NCBI RefSeq assembly: GCF_020745735.1 | Contig: NC_083410.1 | Location: 3,384,117-3,448,116, forward strand | DNA: 64,000 nt | Reading direction: 5' to 3' | Origin: Hemiscyllium ocellatum | Taxonomy: Eukaryota | Shown: positions 61,457 through 64,000 of the stretch, piece by piece | Layout of the letters: each line of letters opens with the position of its first letter | Position numbering within the stretch: position 1 is the stretch's first letter | Position numbers and translations under genes: made by a program | Notes under the pieces: model-generated | Database searches by the model: none | Seen by the model: the letters and a program-made list of their open reading frames with translations, nothing else | Told to the model about the DNA's origin: nothing

Positions 61457-64000
61457 AAATAGAAAGACACTTTTATTGGTCTGGACTACAAGGATGCAGT
61501 TGAATTTTGCTTGGAAATGATGCTTGGAAATCAGACTCAAAGAGTGTGGTGCTGGAAAAGCACAGCCGGTCAGGCGACATCCTAGGAGCAGGAGAATCGA
61601 TGTTTCGAGCATACGCTTTTCATTAGGAATTTTGCCAGATGTGTCATCCATGTCAGGTAATTGGAAAATCACAGGTGGTAATAAAACCAGCGCCTTTTAT
61701 ACCTATTTCAGCATTTGAGGAACCTTTTACGAGTCTTAATTGATTGCTTAGGTCCCCTATCTCAAACAAAAATGGGAATCAGTATTTGTTAACAATATTC
61801 AATGTATCAACAAGATTTCCAGCGGCCGTTCAATTACACACTATCATAGCTAAAAGGGTTGTAGAGGAATTAATCAAATATTTTACAAGATTCAGACTAC
61901 CAATAGAGATACAGTCAGATCAAGGGTCAAACTTCACACCCAAACTATTCAAGGAAGTAATGTACAGCTTAGGCATAAAACAATTCAAGTTGACTGCGTA
62001 CCATCCAGAATGGCAGGGAGTGTTAGAAAGGTGGCATCAAACACGAAAGAACATGTTGAGGGCTTGTGGTCAGGATTATCCAGATGATTGGGATAAGGAA
62101 GTTCCATTTGTGTTGATTGTGGTCAGAGATGCACCAAATAAATTGACACAATTTAATCCATTTGAATTAGTTTTTGGGCATGAAGTGAGAGGACCATTAA
62201 AATTGTTTAAGGAGAAATTAGTAAATCAGAATTCAGAGACCATACATTTGGATTATGTGTTGAATTTTAGAGAATAATTAAGTAGATCTGGGGAGATAGC
62301 TAGGCAGCATTTAAAAGTATTGCAGAATTCAATGAAATGGGAAATGGACAAGAAATCAAAAATTCACAATTTTATTTTGAGAGTAAGGTATTAGTTTTAT
62401 TCTCAGTAGTAGGTGAACATTTAAAAGCAAGATTAGTGGATCTTATCAAATCGAAAGAAAATTGAGTGAAGTGAACTCCTTGATAAGGACTCCAGGCAGG
62501 AAGAAATCTCAGAATATGCTGAAAAGATATTTTGATAGGGAAGGAAAGCAAGAGGAGATGATATTAATGATTACAGCACAGAAGGAAGAACCAGGTTCAG
62601 AGGATTCTGAATTGGACAATCCTCAAATTAAATTGGACAATGAGGAACTTGTCAAAAATTAGGATAAATTATGGAGTTACCTTTCTGAGAAAAATCGAAA
62701 TGAACTGAAAGTTATAACTATCACATGGGCAGAAATATGGAAATAAACCAAAAAGTGTTAACCTAATTGTGCATGATGTAGATATAGGAGATGCTGTTCA
62801 AATTAAGCAACATCCTTATAGGTATAACCCTCTAAAGTTGGCACAGGTTCAGAAGAAGACAGAATGCATGCTCTAAGATGACATAATTGAAGTGAGTTAC
62901 AGTGACTGGAACTCTCCCAGAGTAATGGTGCCAAAGCCAGATTGTAACCAAAGGTTATATGTGGACTATCACAAAGTCAATGCACTCACAGAGCCTGTTG
63001 CATATCCAATTCTGTGGTTGGAAAACTGTGTTGAAAAGGCGGGACAAGCAACTTACGTTTTTAAGTTGGACTTGCTCATAGGCTGCTGGCAGGTACCTCT
63101 GTCAGAAAGAGCAAAGGAAATTTTGGCTTTTGTAAAGCCAAATGGACTACATTAGTTTAAAGTCATGTAATTTGGTATGAGAAATGCTCCAGCCACATTT
63201 CAACAACTGACTAATAATGTAATTGCTAGATTATCCAAATGTGCCGCGTACATCGATGACCTAGTGATTTTTAGTCAGTCATGGAATGAGTATTTACAGC
63301 ATTTATCGGACTTATTTGATCGACTTTGGAAGGCAAGCTTGGTTGTAAACCTAGCTCAAAAGTGAATTTGCCAAAGCCCAAGTCACCTTCCTGGGCCATG
63401 TTATTGCACATGGACAACTGGCCCCACAGGACGCAAAAAATGAAAGTAATTGGGGAATTTCCTATACTATCAACAAAAATAGCAGTACTACGGTATTTGA
63501 GATTGAGTGGATTTTATTGAAATTTTGCGCTGAATTTTAGCAATGTGGCTGCTCCACTCACTGAATTACTAAAGTTGGTAAGAAGTTTTAGTGGACAGCG
63601 AACTGTCAGAAGGCATTTGACAGCCTGAAAGCTGTTATCATTGCCAGTGATGTGGGTGTCGGTGCTGTGCTCTTGCAGAAAGATGACGAGAATATAGAAA
63701 GACCATTGGATATTTCTTCAGGAAGTTGAACATTCATCAGTGGAAATATTCAACAGTTGAGAAAGAGGCTTTAAGCTTGGGGTTGGCACTATAACATTTC
63801 AGTGTTTATATTACCACCAGCGCATCTGAGACAATCATATATACTGAACATTACCCATTGAAGTTTGTGGAAAGACTTAAGGACAAAAATGCCAGATTGT
63901 TTAGATGGAGCTCGTTGTTACAGCCATTCAGTTTGACAACTGTGCATGTGGCAGGTCAAGAAAACGTGACTGCTGATGCATTATCGAGACTCAAATGAGA

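Larger units (their letters stand above)
59778..64000 (+). mobile_element. Gmr1-like Gypsy LTR retrotransposon (defective), running off the window end
   Basis: 5' LTR TGTCACA...CAACA (59778-60141), then gag remnant, protease (ILRDTGCSQS), integrase (SDQGSNF, 61744-62277), RT (SPRVMVPKPD, AYIDDLVIFS) and RNase H. Inserted into a CR1. Many stops and frameshifts. Confidence 0.9.

Overview
Eukaryotic, transposon-rich genomic DNA, most likely from a cartilaginous fish (inferred from HE1-like V-SINEs, CR1 LINEs with (TTCTATG)n tails and Penelope elements). There is no CRISPR, rRNA or intact tRNA gene. Much of the window is CR1, L2-like, Penelope and SINE debris, and it ends in a Gmr1-type Gypsy element. 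Hidden among these is a cluster of non-rearranging immunoglobulin-superfamily genes. There are three paralogous 52-nt signal-peptide exons (3532-3583 minus, 17369-17420 plus, 47644-47695 plus) and four intact 345-nt phase-1/phase-1 exons (22737, 28161, 32009, 36724), each encoding a complete germline-joined V+J domain with no RSS. Four more VJ exons are decayed (44697 plus; 50898, 55779, 58093 minus). A candidate stalk plus hydrophobic terminal exon lies 152 nt after V4 and after its inverted paralog. No constant-domain exon was found. Best model (inference): Leader-VJ-VJ-VJ-VJ-anchor, a multi-V receptor whose framework resembles shark Ig light-chain V but with a fixed 6-residue CDR3. It has a head-to-head sister gene that leaves the window and an inverted, dead partial copy. 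Family identity (IgL-derived versus NCR3/NKp30-like versus undescribed) cannot be settled without database searches. Transposon boundaries are approximate unless a target-site duplication is quoted.
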